A stretch of DNA of 41,121 bases from Candidatus Kaiserbacteria bacterium (GCA_026396715.1 JAPLWH010000004.1:1-41121), one strand, 5' to 3'; counted from the first letter of the stretch, positions 1 to 9,048 are shown. Notes: a model not told the origin generated them from the letters alone. Translations and numbers: made by a program.

Positions 1-171
1 GCTTTTTGCATGGCTCTTCTGGTACAACAGCGAGCGGGTACACTTCGCCTTCCAGAACAAGCTTTCTCCGCTTCAGTTCATGATATCGTTAGACCCGAAG
101 ACATTACCCGCGGAGTGCAAAAGTGGGTGGCCTCATACAGTAACATCAAAAAAATCGCGTATAGTAGTCCC

Positions 172-1764
172 ATGACGCCCGTTAAGAAAATTATCGGCGA
201 AATGACGAATGCCTCGCCCGAGGATATCGCTTTTGTCGAGAAGGCGTACGAGTGCTCCAAGAAAGCGCATGCGACGCAGACTCGCTACTCGGGCGAACCG
301 TACTTCATCCATCCCGCAGCGACCGCGAAGATACTCGCCGAATACGGCATGGACGCGACCACTATCGCCGCTGGACTCCTCCACGACGCGATCGAGGATG
401 GCTGCATCTCACGTGAAGAGGTCGAGAAGGAATTCGGGAAGGAACTGCTTTTCATCGTCGACGGCGTAACGAAGCTCGGCACTCACAAATACCGCGGCGC
501 AGAGCGCCACGCAGAATCTCTACGACGTCTTCTGGTCGCGACCGCAAGCGACATCCGCGTCCTCATCGTGAAGCTTGCCGACCGTTTTCATAACATGCAA
601 ACCCTTGAGCATGTGCCCGAACATAAGCGACGGCGCATCGCGCTCGAAACACTCGAGATCTACGCACCTATCGCCGACCGACTCGGTATGGGGAAACTGA
701 AGAGCGCGCTTGAAGACCTCGCCTTCCCGTTCGTTGATCCCGACGCGGCAACGCACGCTGCTGAAGTGCGCAAACTGAAGACTCAGGAAACCGAAGAAGG
801 GCTAACGAAAGTGCAAAAAGAGATCGGCGGCGAGCTCACAAAAAAAGGACTGACGACGTTCCGCACCGATATCCGCATGAAAGGGCTCTGGAGCCTGCAC
901 CAGAAGCTCAAAAGGAAGCGTGACGATATCACGCTCATCCACGACATCGCCGCACTGCGCATCATCGTCTCGACCGTCGAGGACTGCTATGTGACGCTCG
1001 GCGCCGTACACGCGCTCTACAAGCCACTGCCGGGCGAATTCAAGGACTACATCGCATTCCCGAAACCGAACGGCTACCAGTCGCTCCACACGACCGTCGT
1101 GACGCCCGAGGCAGGTATCGTCGAGATCCAGATCCGCACCGAAGACATGCATCGCGCCGCACAGTTCGGTATCGCATCGCACATGTCGTACAAGCAATTG
1201 GGGAAAGGCGTCGAGAAGCTGGGAAAAGAAACACAGAAAAGCCGATTCTCCTCACTCTCTTTCTCCTGGGTCCGCTGGCTCATCCCGTCACTCATGAAAG
1301 TCGCGACGAAAGAAGGCGAAGCGAAAGGTGTCACGAAAGTACCGCCCTGGCTCGCCGAGCTTGCCGAGGCGCATACGGACGTCGCCGGATCTAAAGAGTT
1401 CGTCGAAGGGCTCCGCGAGGATTTCTTTTCGCATCGCGTATTCGTCTTCACACCGAAAGGCGACGTCATCGACCTGCCGGCGGCATCGACACCGATTGAT
1501 TTCGCCTACGCGATACACAGCGACCTTGGTGACCATCTCCAGGGCGCGAAAGTGAATGGTAAGCTCGTTTCTTTCGATACGGTGCTCGGCAATGGCGAGG
1601 TCGTCGAGATACTGCGACGCGATTCCGCGCACCCCTCGACGAAGTGGCTCGATATCGTACGCACCTCACTCGCCCGGAGACATATTCGCGCCACACTCGG
1701 CTTAACCGAATCAGAAAAAACGACGCCGAAGCGACACCGCTCAAGCCACCAAAACAAAAAATAA
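172..1764 (+). CDS. rel: RelA/SpoT-family (p)ppGpp synthetase/hydrolase (HD + synthetase + TGS; no C-terminal ZFD/ACT)
   Basis: Motifs RYSGEPYFIHP, LLHDAIED, KLADRFHNM, KPNGYQSLHT, EIQIRT and TGS TPIDFAYAIHS. Start moved to ATG 172, which has TATAGT at 160-165. Confidence 0.93.
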   Translation: MTPVKKIIGEMTNASPEDIAFVEKAYECSKKAHATQTRYSGEPYFIHPAATAKILAEYGMDATTIAAGLLHDAIEDGCISREEVEKEFGKELLFIVDGVTKLGTHKYRGAERHAESLRRLLVATASDIRVLIVKLADRFHNMQTLEHVPEHKRRRIALETLEIYAPIADRLGMGKLKSALEDLAFPFVDPDAATHAAEVRKLKTQETEEGLTKVQKEIGGELTKKGLTTFRTDIRMKGLWSLHQKLKRKRDDITLIHDIAALRIIVSTVEDCYVTLGAVHALYKPLPGEFKDYIAFPKPNGYQSLHTTVVTPEAGIVEIQIRTEDMHRAAQFGIASHMSYKQLGKGVEKLGKETQKSRFSSLSFSWVRWLIPSLMKVATKEGEAKGVTKVPPWLAELAEAHTDVAGSKEFVEGLREDFFSHRVFVFTPKGDVIDLPAASTPIDFAYAIHSDLGDHLQGAKVNGKLVSFDTVLGNGEVVEILRRDSAHPSTKWLDIVRTSLARRHIRATLGLTESEKTTPKRHRSSHQNKK

Positions 1765-1812
1765 CCGAAGAAAAAGCCGGACATATGATGTCCGGCTTTT
1801 TCTTCGGTTATT
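1760..1812. terminator. Bidirectional terminator, 25-bp perfect inverted repeat between convergent rel and parB
   Basis: AATAACCGAAGAAAAAGCCGGACAT-atg-ATGTCCGGCTTTTTCTTCGGTTATT. Confidence 0.85.
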
Positions 1813-2806
1813 AAACTGAAAAACTACTTACTGAATACAACTCGTCCTCAGAAGGTTCTTCGGGTGCCGCAGCTGCGACCGGATCGTACTCGAGCTGGGT
1901 AGTATTCGGGAATATAGGTAACGCCTCCTGCTCGCCAAAGGCGTCCGCTGAAACGTCCTTTTGCGCCGAACGCACTGCGAGCGACGCAGCAAGCACGGAA
2001 AGATCTTCGGGTGAGAAGAAGTCGATAAGGAGGCGGCCACCCTCGGCATTGGTCTCGATGATGACGCGCGTGCCGAGCGTCTCTGTCAGGGACTTTTCGA
2101 GCTCGACCATTTCGAGTGACTTCCGATGATGGGGACGCACCCGCTCCTGCGCGATGGATCGCGCGATGCGTTCGGCGGCACGGACAGAAAGTCGTTTTAA
2201 CGTGATTTCTTTAAAAAGCGTCTCGCGCTCTTCGGGACGGCTATTGAGTGTAAGGAGCGGACGCGCATGACCCTCGCTGATTTCTTTTTCCACAATCGCA
2301 TTCTGCATATGCTCGGGCAAGGAAAGCAGGCGGATACTGTTGGAGACGTACTCGCGACTCTTGCCAATCTTTGCCGCAGTCTCGACGTGCGAGATGCCGA
2401 ATTCATTGATGAGCTGCTGAAGCGCCTTCGCGCGGTCAATTGCATTTAGGTCTTCCCGTTGCAGGTTCTCGATGATCGCGAGTTCGAGTTTCGTAAGATT
2501 GCTTTCGCCCTGGCGGATGACAACTGGTATCTGCTTCAAGCCAGCGAGCTTGCTCGCGCGTAGGCGCCGCTCGCCCGCGATGAGTTCGTACACGCTCTCG
2601 AGGCCGCCCTCGGGCTTCTCGACGTCCATGCGGCTGACCACGAGCGGCTGCAAGACGCCGTACTGGCGGATACTCTCCGCAAGCGAGATGAGGCCTGCCT
2701 CGCTGAATTCTTTTCGCGGCTGGTACGGATTCGGTATGATACGCTCGACCTCGATCCAGAAGACCGAGTCGTATTTCGTCGGCACGTAACGTGCATCATC
2801 GTTCAT
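1811..2806 (-). CDS. parB: ParB/Spo0J chromosome partitioning protein
   Basis: PNPYQPRK, GVLQPLVV, IAGERRLRA, ENLQREDLN and HTH. Start set at ATG 2806 because the ORF-track extension runs antisense through tRNA-Leu. Confidence 0.93.
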   Translation of the reverse strand: MNDDARYVPTKYDSVFWIEVERIIPNPYQPRKEFSEAGLISLAESIRQYGVLQPLVVSRMDVEKPEGGLESVYELIAGERRLRASKLAGLKQIPVVIRQGESNLTKLELAIIENLQREDLNAIDRAKALQQLINEFGISHVETAAKIGKSREYVSNSIRLLSLPEHMQNAIVEKEISEGHARPLLTLNSRPEERETLFKEITLKRLSVRAAERIARSIAQERVRPHHRKSLEMVELEKSLTETLGTRVIIETNAEGGRLLIDFFSPEDLSVLAASLAVRSAQKDVSADAFGEQEALPIFPNTTQLEYDPVAAAAPEEPSEDELYSVSSFSV

Positions 2807-2813
2807 GTAAAAT

Positions 2814-2833
2814 ATTTTAGCATATGCTAATCT
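2814..2833. promoter_or_regulatory. Divergent extended -10 promoters (parB and tRNA-Leu) built on a 14-bp palindrome
   Basis: TTAGCATATGCTAA (2817-2830) gives TGcTAAAAT on the minus strand and TGcTAATCT on the plus strand. Confidence 0.6.
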
Positions 2834-2843
2834 GCAATCTACT

Positions 2844-2928
2844 GCCGGGGTGGCGGAATTGGTAGACGCAACGGATTCAAGACCCGTCGTCGCAAGACAT
2901 GAGAGTTCGAGTCTCTCCCCCGGCACCA
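2844..2928 (+). tRNA. tRNA-Leu(CAA)
   Basis: GCCGGGG/CCCCGGC acceptor stem, TT-CAA-GA anticodon loop, long variable arm, TTCGAGT T-loop, encoded CCA. Confidence 0.95.
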
Positions 2929-2963
2929 GCAGGAACATTGCGGCATAAAGAGCATTAACACAA

Positions 2964-2996
2964 AAGGCCGGCCTTCCATTCTGGAAGGCCGGCCTT
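2964..2996. terminator. Hairpin terminator between tRNA-Leu and ahpC
   Basis: AAGGCCGGCCTTCCA-ttc-TGGAAGGCCGGCCTT. Confidence 0.75.
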
Positions 2997-3013
2997 AAAC
3001 TTTAAAGTAGTAG

Positions 3014-3676
3014 TTATAATTTCCCTACCGAACCAAGATCCCTATCGAGAAGAGTGTCGTCCCCCGGTTCCCACGAAGCAGGACAGACCTGACCCTTATG
3101 CGTTTCCACATATTGCGCCGCCTGGAGCTTACGGAGCGTTTCTGAGCCTTTGCGGCCGATGGAATTGTCATTGACTTCCATCGAACGCAGCGTCCCGGAC
3201 GGATCGATGATAAACGTACCGCGAAGCGCGAGACCTTCATCCGGCGTAAGGGCTGCTTCGCCACCCTCGATGAGAACACCGAAGGCAGAAGCAAGCTTGC
3301 CGGAAGGGTCAGCCGCCATCGGATACGCAATCTCTTTGATGCCCGGAGACGTGTCGTGCCATGCTTTGTGTGTGAAGACTGTGTCGGAAGAGACCGAGAT
3401 GATTTCGGCACCAAGTTCCAGGAATTTCGGATACAGATTTGCGAGCTCCTCGAGCTCGGTCGGGCAGACAAAAGTAAAGTCCGCTGGATAAAAGACGAGT
3501 ACCACCCACTTCCCGCGCAACTGCGAGAGACTCATGGTCTTGATCGCTCCCTGGCAGTAGGTTTCGAATTCGAAATCAGGCACTGTCGCGCCCACTTTTA
3601 CCTGCGAGACGTAGTCACGCACCATGTCGTGGAACTCGCCGCAATTTTCGCAATAGTTACTTTTGGTATCTTTCAT
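3014..3676 (-). CDS. ahpC: 2-Cys peroxiredoxin (AhpC) with N-terminal CxxC extension
   Basis: FYPADFTFVCPTE, LRGTFIIDP, QVCPASW. Confidence 0.92.
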   Translation of the reverse strand: MKDTKSNYCENCGEFHDMVRDYVSQVKVGATVPDFEFETYCQGAIKTMSLSQLRGKWVVLVFYPADFTFVCPTELEELANLYPKFLELGAEIISVSSDTVFTHKAWHDTSPGIKEIAYPMAADPSGKLASAFGVLIEGGEAALTPDEGLALRGTFIIDPSGTLRSMEVNDNSIGRKGSETLRKLQAAQYVETHKGQVCPASWEPGDDTLLDRDLGSVGKL

Positions 3677-3714
3677 ATTTTTTTATTACGTTCCCTTCAT
3701 GATACCATCGCGTC

Positions 3715-4584
3715 GTGGAGACACAAATACTACTTATCATGGGCCCTACCGCCTCGGGCAAATCCTCCCACGCGGTCGAAGAGGCGCTCAAGCGAAATGG
3801 CGAAATAATCTCGGTCGACTCGCGACAGGTGTATCGCGGGCTCGATATCGGCACGGAAAAAATAACGGTCGAGGAAATGCGGGGCGTACCGCACCACCTC
3901 ATTGATATTCGCGACGCAAAAGAGAGCTACTCCGCGGGAGAGTTCGTCGCGGATGCGACACGATTAATCGCCGATATTGCAGGACGCGGGAAATTCCCGA
4001 TTCTCGCTGGCGGCACGCATTTTTATTTTAATGCGCTCTTGCACGGACTCCCGACCGGCGTGGATGCGAATCCTGCGCTGCGCGAAGAACTCGAGAAGCT
4101 TTCGACTGAAGAACTCGCGGCGAGGGTCGCGCAGCGCGATCCTCGCCGCGCTGCTGAACTCGACCCGCAAAACCGCCGTCGTTTGATCCGCGCACTGGAA
4201 ATAATCGCTTCTCTTGGGCATGTCCCGCCACGCGATCTTCTAAAAAGACGAACTTCCCAGCACCCCGGAAGGTCAGACCTTCCGGGAATTGTGTGGATAA
4301 CCATCGATCCGTCAAAAGAAGAATTGCAGACGCGCATCGACACGCGCCTTGCAAGCGCTCTTGCGCACGGACTCGTCGACGAAGTACGTCGCGTGCGCGA
4401 AGCAGTCGGCGACACGCGCCTGAACGAGCTCGGTCTTGAATACAAAATCGTGGGCGAATTTTTACGAAACGAACGCACGGAAGAATCCCTTCTTCCTACC
4501 CTTTCAGCGAAACTCTGGCAATATGCGCGCCGCCAGAAAGCCTGGCTCCGCAAATTAAAAAAAGAGAGTACTCTTCAGAACTAG
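3715..4584 (+). CDS. miaA: tRNA dimethylallyltransferase
   Basis: GPTASGKS, SVDSRQVYRGLDIGT, PHHLID, GGTHFY, YARRQ. Confidence 0.95.
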   Translation: METQILLIMGPTASGKSSHAVEEALKRNGEIISVDSRQVYRGLDIGTEKITVEEMRGVPHHLIDIRDAKESYSAGEFVADATRLIADIAGRGKFPILAGGTHFYFNALLHGLPTGVDANPALREELEKLSTEELAARVAQRDPRRAAELDPQNRRRLIRALEIIASLGHVPPRDLLKRRTSQHPGRSDLPGIVWITIDPSKEELQTRIDTRLASALAHGLVDEVRRVREAVGDTRLNELGLEYKIVGEFLRNERTEESLLPTLSAKLWQYARRQKAWLRKLKKESTLQN

Positions 4585-5486
4585 ATACTACACGTCTGAA
4601 AAATGGTGATGTCCCAGTGATTCGACTCTTGTACATATTGATTTTGACAGGAATCCGAACGAATCGGACCACCCGAATCACCTCCTCGTTGACCCGTAAG
4701 GGGAAGCTTTTGAAGAAAAGCGTTGAGGGTAGAATTCGTCGAGTCAATATCGACTTTATAACCATTTTCATGACTATATTGACCGGAAGCATGTCCGGGC
4801 TCAGTACCCCCGGTAACTATAACTGGACAGCCACCACATGAGTTTTTAATATTAATTATCTGATCCACAGTTGCTTGCTGCATGCCGGCCACATTGGTAC
4901 AGCCACTCCCGCTACTGTCAGGAGAACACGGACCATTATTAATCATGACGCCAGATTGCTGTAATGAGTCCCGTATTGCCCGCTCAGCTGCCGATCCCTG
5001 AACTACAGAGAGACCTTCTGTTTTTGCCGGATTAAGACTTGCTTTAAGCGGGATACAAACAGGGAGACCCTTCGAGCCGATGATGTCTGACCACGTCGAG
5101 CCAACAGCTTTTGGGTTGTAGAGCACTGCCATAAGTGCCGCGACAATCATCCACCCTGCAAGCGCGATGACGATGCCAACGACAGTATTAGTAAGGATTT
5201 TCTTAGCCTCTTCCTTACCGCTCGCATTTACCGGATTGACGACGAAGAGAAAACCTGAATATGCGACCATGAGCGGCGCGACAAAGACAATTACGAGCGT
5301 GATGAGGAGCTCGATGATGTTATTGATGACTGTCAGGAGCATTCCCCAGCTCGCCGCACATACGGCCTGATCCCCCGATTGCGGAATGATGGGACCAAAG
5401 AACGGTATGGACGCATGCGCGGCAAGCGGGAGCGCGAACGAACACACCGTAAACAAGAGCATGAGTGCAGGGACGCGGAAACGCAT
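4581..5486 (-). CDS. TrbC/VirB2-like pilin domain fused to a Cys-rich, M15-like Zn peptidase domain
   Basis: Signal peptide, two TM helices around EEAKKILTNTVVGIVI, then VTGGTEPGH...SHENGYKVDID...HWD. Confidence 0.6.
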   Translation of the reverse strand: MRFRVPALMLLFTVCSFALPLAAHASIPFFGPIIPQSGDQAVCAASWGMLLTVINNIIELLITLVIVFVAPLMVAYSGFLFVVNPVNASGKEEAKKILTNTVVGIVIALAGWMIVAALMAVLYNPKAVGSTWSDIIGSKGLPVCIPLKASLNPAKTEGLSVVQGSAAERAIRDSLQQSGVMINNGPCSPDSSGSGCTNVAGMQQATVDQIINIKNSCGGCPVIVTGGTEPGHASGQYSHENGYKVDIDSTNSTLNAFLQKLPLTGQRGGDSGGPIRSDSCQNQYVQESNHWDITIFQTCSI

Positions 5487-5668
5487 AACTACATCATACC
5501 GCGCACCAGCAGCTGGTGCGCGGCTTTTCCCCCACCCCTCTATCTGCTATCTTTCATCTGTGAGGTATCGTTTCTACCTCTCTTCGGGTCCATATCGAAA
5601 TGCCGATATGAACCCTCGTTCGGCGAAAGAGAATGAACGGAGACGCTCATTACTCTTTGCCTCTCTTC

Positions 5669-5739
5669 GGGTCCATCGTATAATGGTAGTACATCGCTCT
5701 CCAAAAGCGACAGCCCAGGTCCGATTCCTGGTGGGCCCG
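5669..5739 (+). tRNA. tRNA-Trp(CCA)
   Basis: GGGTCCA/TGGGCCC acceptor stem, TCGCT-CT-CCA-AA-AGCGA anticodon arm, CCAGG-TCCGATT-CCTGG T arm. Confidence 0.92.
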
Positions 5740-5785
5740 CAAAAGCACAACACCTGCCCTGCGGCAGGTGTTGTGCTTTTGCGGG
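5736..5785. repeat. 23-bp perfect inverted repeat overlapping the tRNA-Trp 3' end
   Basis: CCCGCAAAAGCACAACACCTGCC-ctgc-GGCAGGTGTTGTGCTTTTGCGGG. Confidence 0.85.
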
Positions 5786-5786
5786 G

Positions 5787-5872
5787 GCCGAAGCGATGTT
5801 TCGCTAGCAAGCGAAACCGCGAGGCGGGGTAACGGAAAATCCTTTGCGACGGCAAAGGATTTATCCGTGACC
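5787..5872 (+). ncRNA. tRNA-associated structured motif, copy A
   Basis: GCC-GAA-GC[hairpin]GC-GA-GGC-GGGGT[hairpin]GTGACC; same architecture as 14490-14589. Confidence 0.55.
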
Positions 5873-6013
5873 GCAAAGAAACATCCACCAGGTGTACTGA
5901 AGCTTTAAGCTTCGATACATGTAATCATGGCCCTGGTGGCAATTTTGCGAGCGACGGCGAGTGTTCGAGTCGAGGGAGATAAGGTGTAATCGATGGTCCT
6001 AGTGAGCCCGTCC

Positions 6014-6049
6014 AAACGAAAACCGTCCCTCAAGGGACGGTTTTCGTTT
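6014..6049. terminator. Bidirectional terminator at the rpmG 3' end
   Basis: AAACGAAAACCGTCCCT-ca-AGGGACGGTTTTCGTTT. Confidence 0.8.
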
Positions 6050-6052
6050 TAA

Positions 6053-6208
6053 CTAACGCTTTGCCTCCTTAAAGGTAACGCGCTTCCTGAGCGTTGGGTC
6101 GAACTTCTGGAGTTCGATCTTGCGCTCGGTGGTCTTCCTATTCTTACGAGTCCAAATGACGTGATTGGACTTCGTGGATTTGAGCCTAAGTAGGCGGTCT
6201 TGTGACAT
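6053..6208 (-). CDS. rpmG: 50S ribosomal protein L33, Cys-free form (absent from the ORF track)
   Basis: Hand translation MSQDRLLRLKSTKSNHVIWTRKNRKTTERKIELQKFDPTLRKRVTFKEAKR; promoter TTGCGG-17-TACATT. Confidence 0.92.
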   Translation of the reverse strand: MSQDRLLRLKSTKSNHVIWTRKNRKTTERKIELQKFDPTLRKRVTFKEAKR

Positions 6209-6252
6209 ACGGAAAATGTAACAGATTCATCGGTATGCCGCAAGCAAAGTGC

Positions 6253-6343
6253 GGGGGCAATTTTTGAGACTCCCGCAGGGCGACGGCCCGAGGGCGAGGC
6301 GATTTTTCAGCAGAAAAATACGCCGTGCTCAAAAATTGCCACC
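6253..6343. repeat. Small palindromic (MITE/REP-like) element between clpB and rpmG
   Basis: GGCAATTTTTGAG (6256-6268) and CTCAAAAATTGCC (6328-6340) enclose GC-rich hairpins. Confidence 0.6.
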
Positions 6344-6353
6344 GTGCGGAGCG

Positions 6354-9035
6354 CTATGCTGCGGAGATTACAGCACTTGCGCGCGCCGTCTTCGGCGCGC
6401 GTTTCTTTACCTCGAAGTGCGGCTCGCCATTTTTGATGGAGACGAGCACGGTACCCCCTTCCATAACCCCCTGATCGACCATAAGTGACGCGAGCGGGGT
6501 CAGTATCTTGTCCTGGATCGTACGGCGCAGCGGGCGGGCGCCATACTGCGGATTGTAGCCCTTCTCCGCGAGCCACTGCCGCACTTCGGGCGTAAAGGAA
6601 AGCGCGATACGCTTCTGCGCGAGACGCTTCATGACTTCCTCGACCTGCGTATCGACAATCTTGGCGAGCGCCTCCTTCGCGAGCACATCGAAGATGATGA
6701 TATCGTCGAGCCGGTTCAAGAACTCGGGACGGAAGTGCTCTTTGAGCGCGCCCATGACCCGCTCTTTCGTCTCCTCGTAGCGACTTGCATCGGTCGCGCC
6801 CGCGACGCCGAAACCGATGTGCGCGAGACGATCGATGAATTCCCCGCCAATGTTCGAAGTCAGTACGATAATCGTATTCTTGAAATTGACCTTGCGTCCT
6901 TTGCCGTCGGTCAAATGTCCAGAATCAAGAACTTGCAGCAGAATATTGAATACTTCCGGATGCGCTTTTTCGATCTCATCGAACAGCACCACCGCGTACG
7001 GGCGATGCCGGATGCGCTCGGTCAACGAGCCGGACTCTTCATAACCGACATAGCCCGGCGGCGCGCCAATGAGCTTCGCGACCGAGTGCTTCTCCATGAA
7101 TTCGCTCATGTCCACGCGCACCAGAGAGTCTGTATCGTTGAACATGAATTCAGCGATTTTCTTTGAGAGCTCCGTCTTGCCAACACCGGTCGGCCCGAGG
7201 AAGAGGAACGAGCCAATCGGGCGATTCGGATCAGAGATGCCCACCCGCGAGCGCTTTACCGCATCCGTGACTTTCTTCACTGCATTGTCCTGGCCGATGA
7301 TACTGCTCTTGAGCGTCTCTTCCATGCGCGAAAGTTTCGCCGCCTCTTCTTCAAGCATGCGTGAGACCGGGATGCCCGTCCAGCGCGAGACGACACCAGC
7401 AATGTCTTGCTCAGCCACTTCTTCATTCAAAACACGACGCGACTTCTGCAGCGCCTTCAAGCGCTTCAACTTCGTCTCCAAGTCTTTCTGAATGTGCGGA
7501 ATCTTTCCATAACGAATCTCCGCAACCGTACCGAGATCGGCAGCGGCTTCGGCATTGTCCGCCTGCACTTTAAGCGCTTCAAGCTCGGTCTTAGCGACGC
7601 GGATGCCGGTCAAAATCTCCTTCTCATTCTTCCACTTGAGTTCAAGCTCGCTCGTCTTTTCTTTCAGGTCAGCGACTTCTACGTCGATGGCCTTAATGCG
7701 CTCTTTAATCTCTTTCGAGTGCTCGCCTTCCAGGTCTTTCTGGAGCGCCTGTCGCTCGATCTCGAGGCGGCGAATCTTCCGGTCGGTCTCTTCAAGGAGC
7801 GGCGGCTTGTTCTCAAGCGCGATGCGCAGCCCCGACGCCGCTTCGTCGATGAGGTCGATGGCCTTGTCCGGCAGGAAACGGTCAGTAATGTAGCGCGCGG
7901 AGAGCTCGACGGCAGCGACGATGGCGCCGTCGGTAATGCGCACGCCATGAAAAAGCTCGTACTTGTCGCGGAGCCCGCGCAGGATGGCGATGCCGTCTTC
8001 GATCGACGGCTCGCTCACGAAAACCGACTGGAAACGGCGCGTGAGCGCGGCGTCTTTCTCGATGTATTTCTGATATTCCTTGAGCGTGGTCGCGCCGATG
8101 ACGCGGATCTCGCCGCGGCTGAGCGCGGGCTTCAGCATGTTCGATGCATCGAGCGAGCCCTCCGCGCCGCCGGCGCCGACCAGCGTGTGAAGCTCGTCGA
8201 CGAAGAGGATGACCTTCCCTTCCGCGCGCTCCACTTCTTTCATGACGTTCTTCATCCGCTCTTCGAACTCGCCGCGGTACTTGGTGCCAGCGATCATGAG
8301 CCCGAGATCGAGCGAAAGGAGCTCCTTGCCTTTGAGCGACTCAGGAACGTCATTGCTTGCCATGCGTGCCGCGAGCCCTTCCGCGATTGCCGTCTTGCCG
8401 ACGCCCGCCTCGCCGATGAGGACCGGATTATTCTTCGTGCGGCGCGCGAGGATCTGAATGACGCGATTGATCTCCTGGTCGCGGCCGATGACCGGATCGA
8501 GCTTGTTCTCAGCGGCCATCTTGGTAAGGTTGCGCGCATACTTCGCGAGCGCGCGGAAACGCTTCGGCTCGACGACCTGACCGTCCTTCGAATTCTTGAG
8601 CTCTTTGAGCACGGCGAGCGCGGCGTTCTGCGTGATCGCAAAACGCGTAAAGAGATCGGCCGCCGGACCCGGATGCTCGATGACCGAAAGGAACAGGTGC
8701 TCCGTACCGACAAAAGTATCGTTCAATCGTGCCGCTATCTTTCCTGACGATTCGAGCGCCTGCGCGAGATCCGGCGTGAGATAAATCTGGTAGGAAGGCG
8801 AGAGTACCGACGCGTTTTCTGGCGTCTCCAGGTGTTCGAGCACCGTGTCGGCGAGCAAGTTCGTATCGACTTCCATCCGATCGAGCATCGAGTACACGAG
8901 TGATTCTTCCTGCAGCACAAGTGCGGCGAGCAGGTGGAGCGGCGAGACATGGTTCTGCCCGCGTTCTATCGCGAGCTCATGCGCGCGACGCACGGCTTCT
9001 TTAGCTTTGGTCGTAAAATTGTTAAAAGGAGGCAT
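6354..9035 (-). CDS. clpB: Chaperone ClpB
   Basis: Clp N-domain, two AAA+ modules ([16 protein letters not shown]), long coiled-coil M-domain with AEIRYG. Confidence 0.95.
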   Translation of the reverse strand: MPPFNNFTTKAKEAVRRAHELAIERGQNHVSPLHLLAALVLQEESLVYSMLDRMEVDTNLLADTVLEHLETPENASVLSPSYQIYLTPDLAQALESSGKIAARLNDTFVGTEHLFLSVIEHPGPAADLFTRFAITQNAALAVLKELKNSKDGQVVEPKRFRALAKYARNLTKMAAENKLDPVIGRDQEINRVIQILARRTKNNPVLIGEAGVGKTAIAEGLAARMASNDVPESLKGKELLSLDLGLMIAGTKYRGEFEERMKNVMKEVERAEGKVILFVDELHTLVGAGGAEGSLDASNMLKPALSRGEIRVIGATTLKEYQKYIEKDAALTRRFQSVFVSEPSIEDGIAILRGLRDKYELFHGVRITDGAIVAAVELSARYITDRFLPDKAIDLIDEAASGLRIALENKPPLLEETDRKIRRLEIERQALQKDLEGEHSKEIKERIKAIDVEVADLKEKTSELELKWKNEKEILTGIRVAKTELEALKVQADNAEAAADLGTVAEIRYGKIPHIQKDLETKLKRLKALQKSRRVLNEEVAEQDIAGVVSRWTGIPVSRMLEEEAAKLSRMEETLKSSIIGQDNAVKKVTDAVKRSRVGISDPNRPIGSFLFLGPTGVGKTELSKKIAEFMFNDTDSLVRVDMSEFMEKHSVAKLIGAPPGYVGYEESGSLTERIRHRPYAVVLFDEIEKAHPEVFNILLQVLDSGHLTDGKGRKVNFKNTIIVLTSNIGGEFIDRLAHIGFGVAGATDASRYEETKERVMGALKEHFRPEFLNRLDDIIIFDVLAKEALAKIVDTQVEEVMKRLAQKRIALSFTPEVRQWLAEKGYNPQYGARPLRRTIQDKILTPLASLMVDQGVMEGGTVLVSIKNGEPHFEVKKRAPKTARASAVISAA

Positions 9036-9048
9036 AGATATAAAAGTA

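Noticed and set aside
10-171. Rel N-terminal extension or a separate upstream gene
   Set aside because: No recognisable motifs; family similarity starts near ATG 172, and too little context is available at the window edge
2807-2938. N-terminal extension of ParB in the ORF track
   Set aside because: Runs antisense through tRNA-Leu; the -10 box supports ATG 2806
5787-6012. tmRNA, SRP RNA, RNase P or 6S RNA
   Set aside because: No tmRNA TPsiC/CCA end, no SRP GGAA domain IV motif and no RNase P GAGGAAAGTCC consensus
7407-8747. 446-aa plus-strand ORF, and similar long antisense ORFs at 23499-24581, 26070-26834 and 30782-31735
   Set aside because: Antisense shadows of clpB, gyrA, rpsA and ftsA caused by GC-rich codon bias; no motifs
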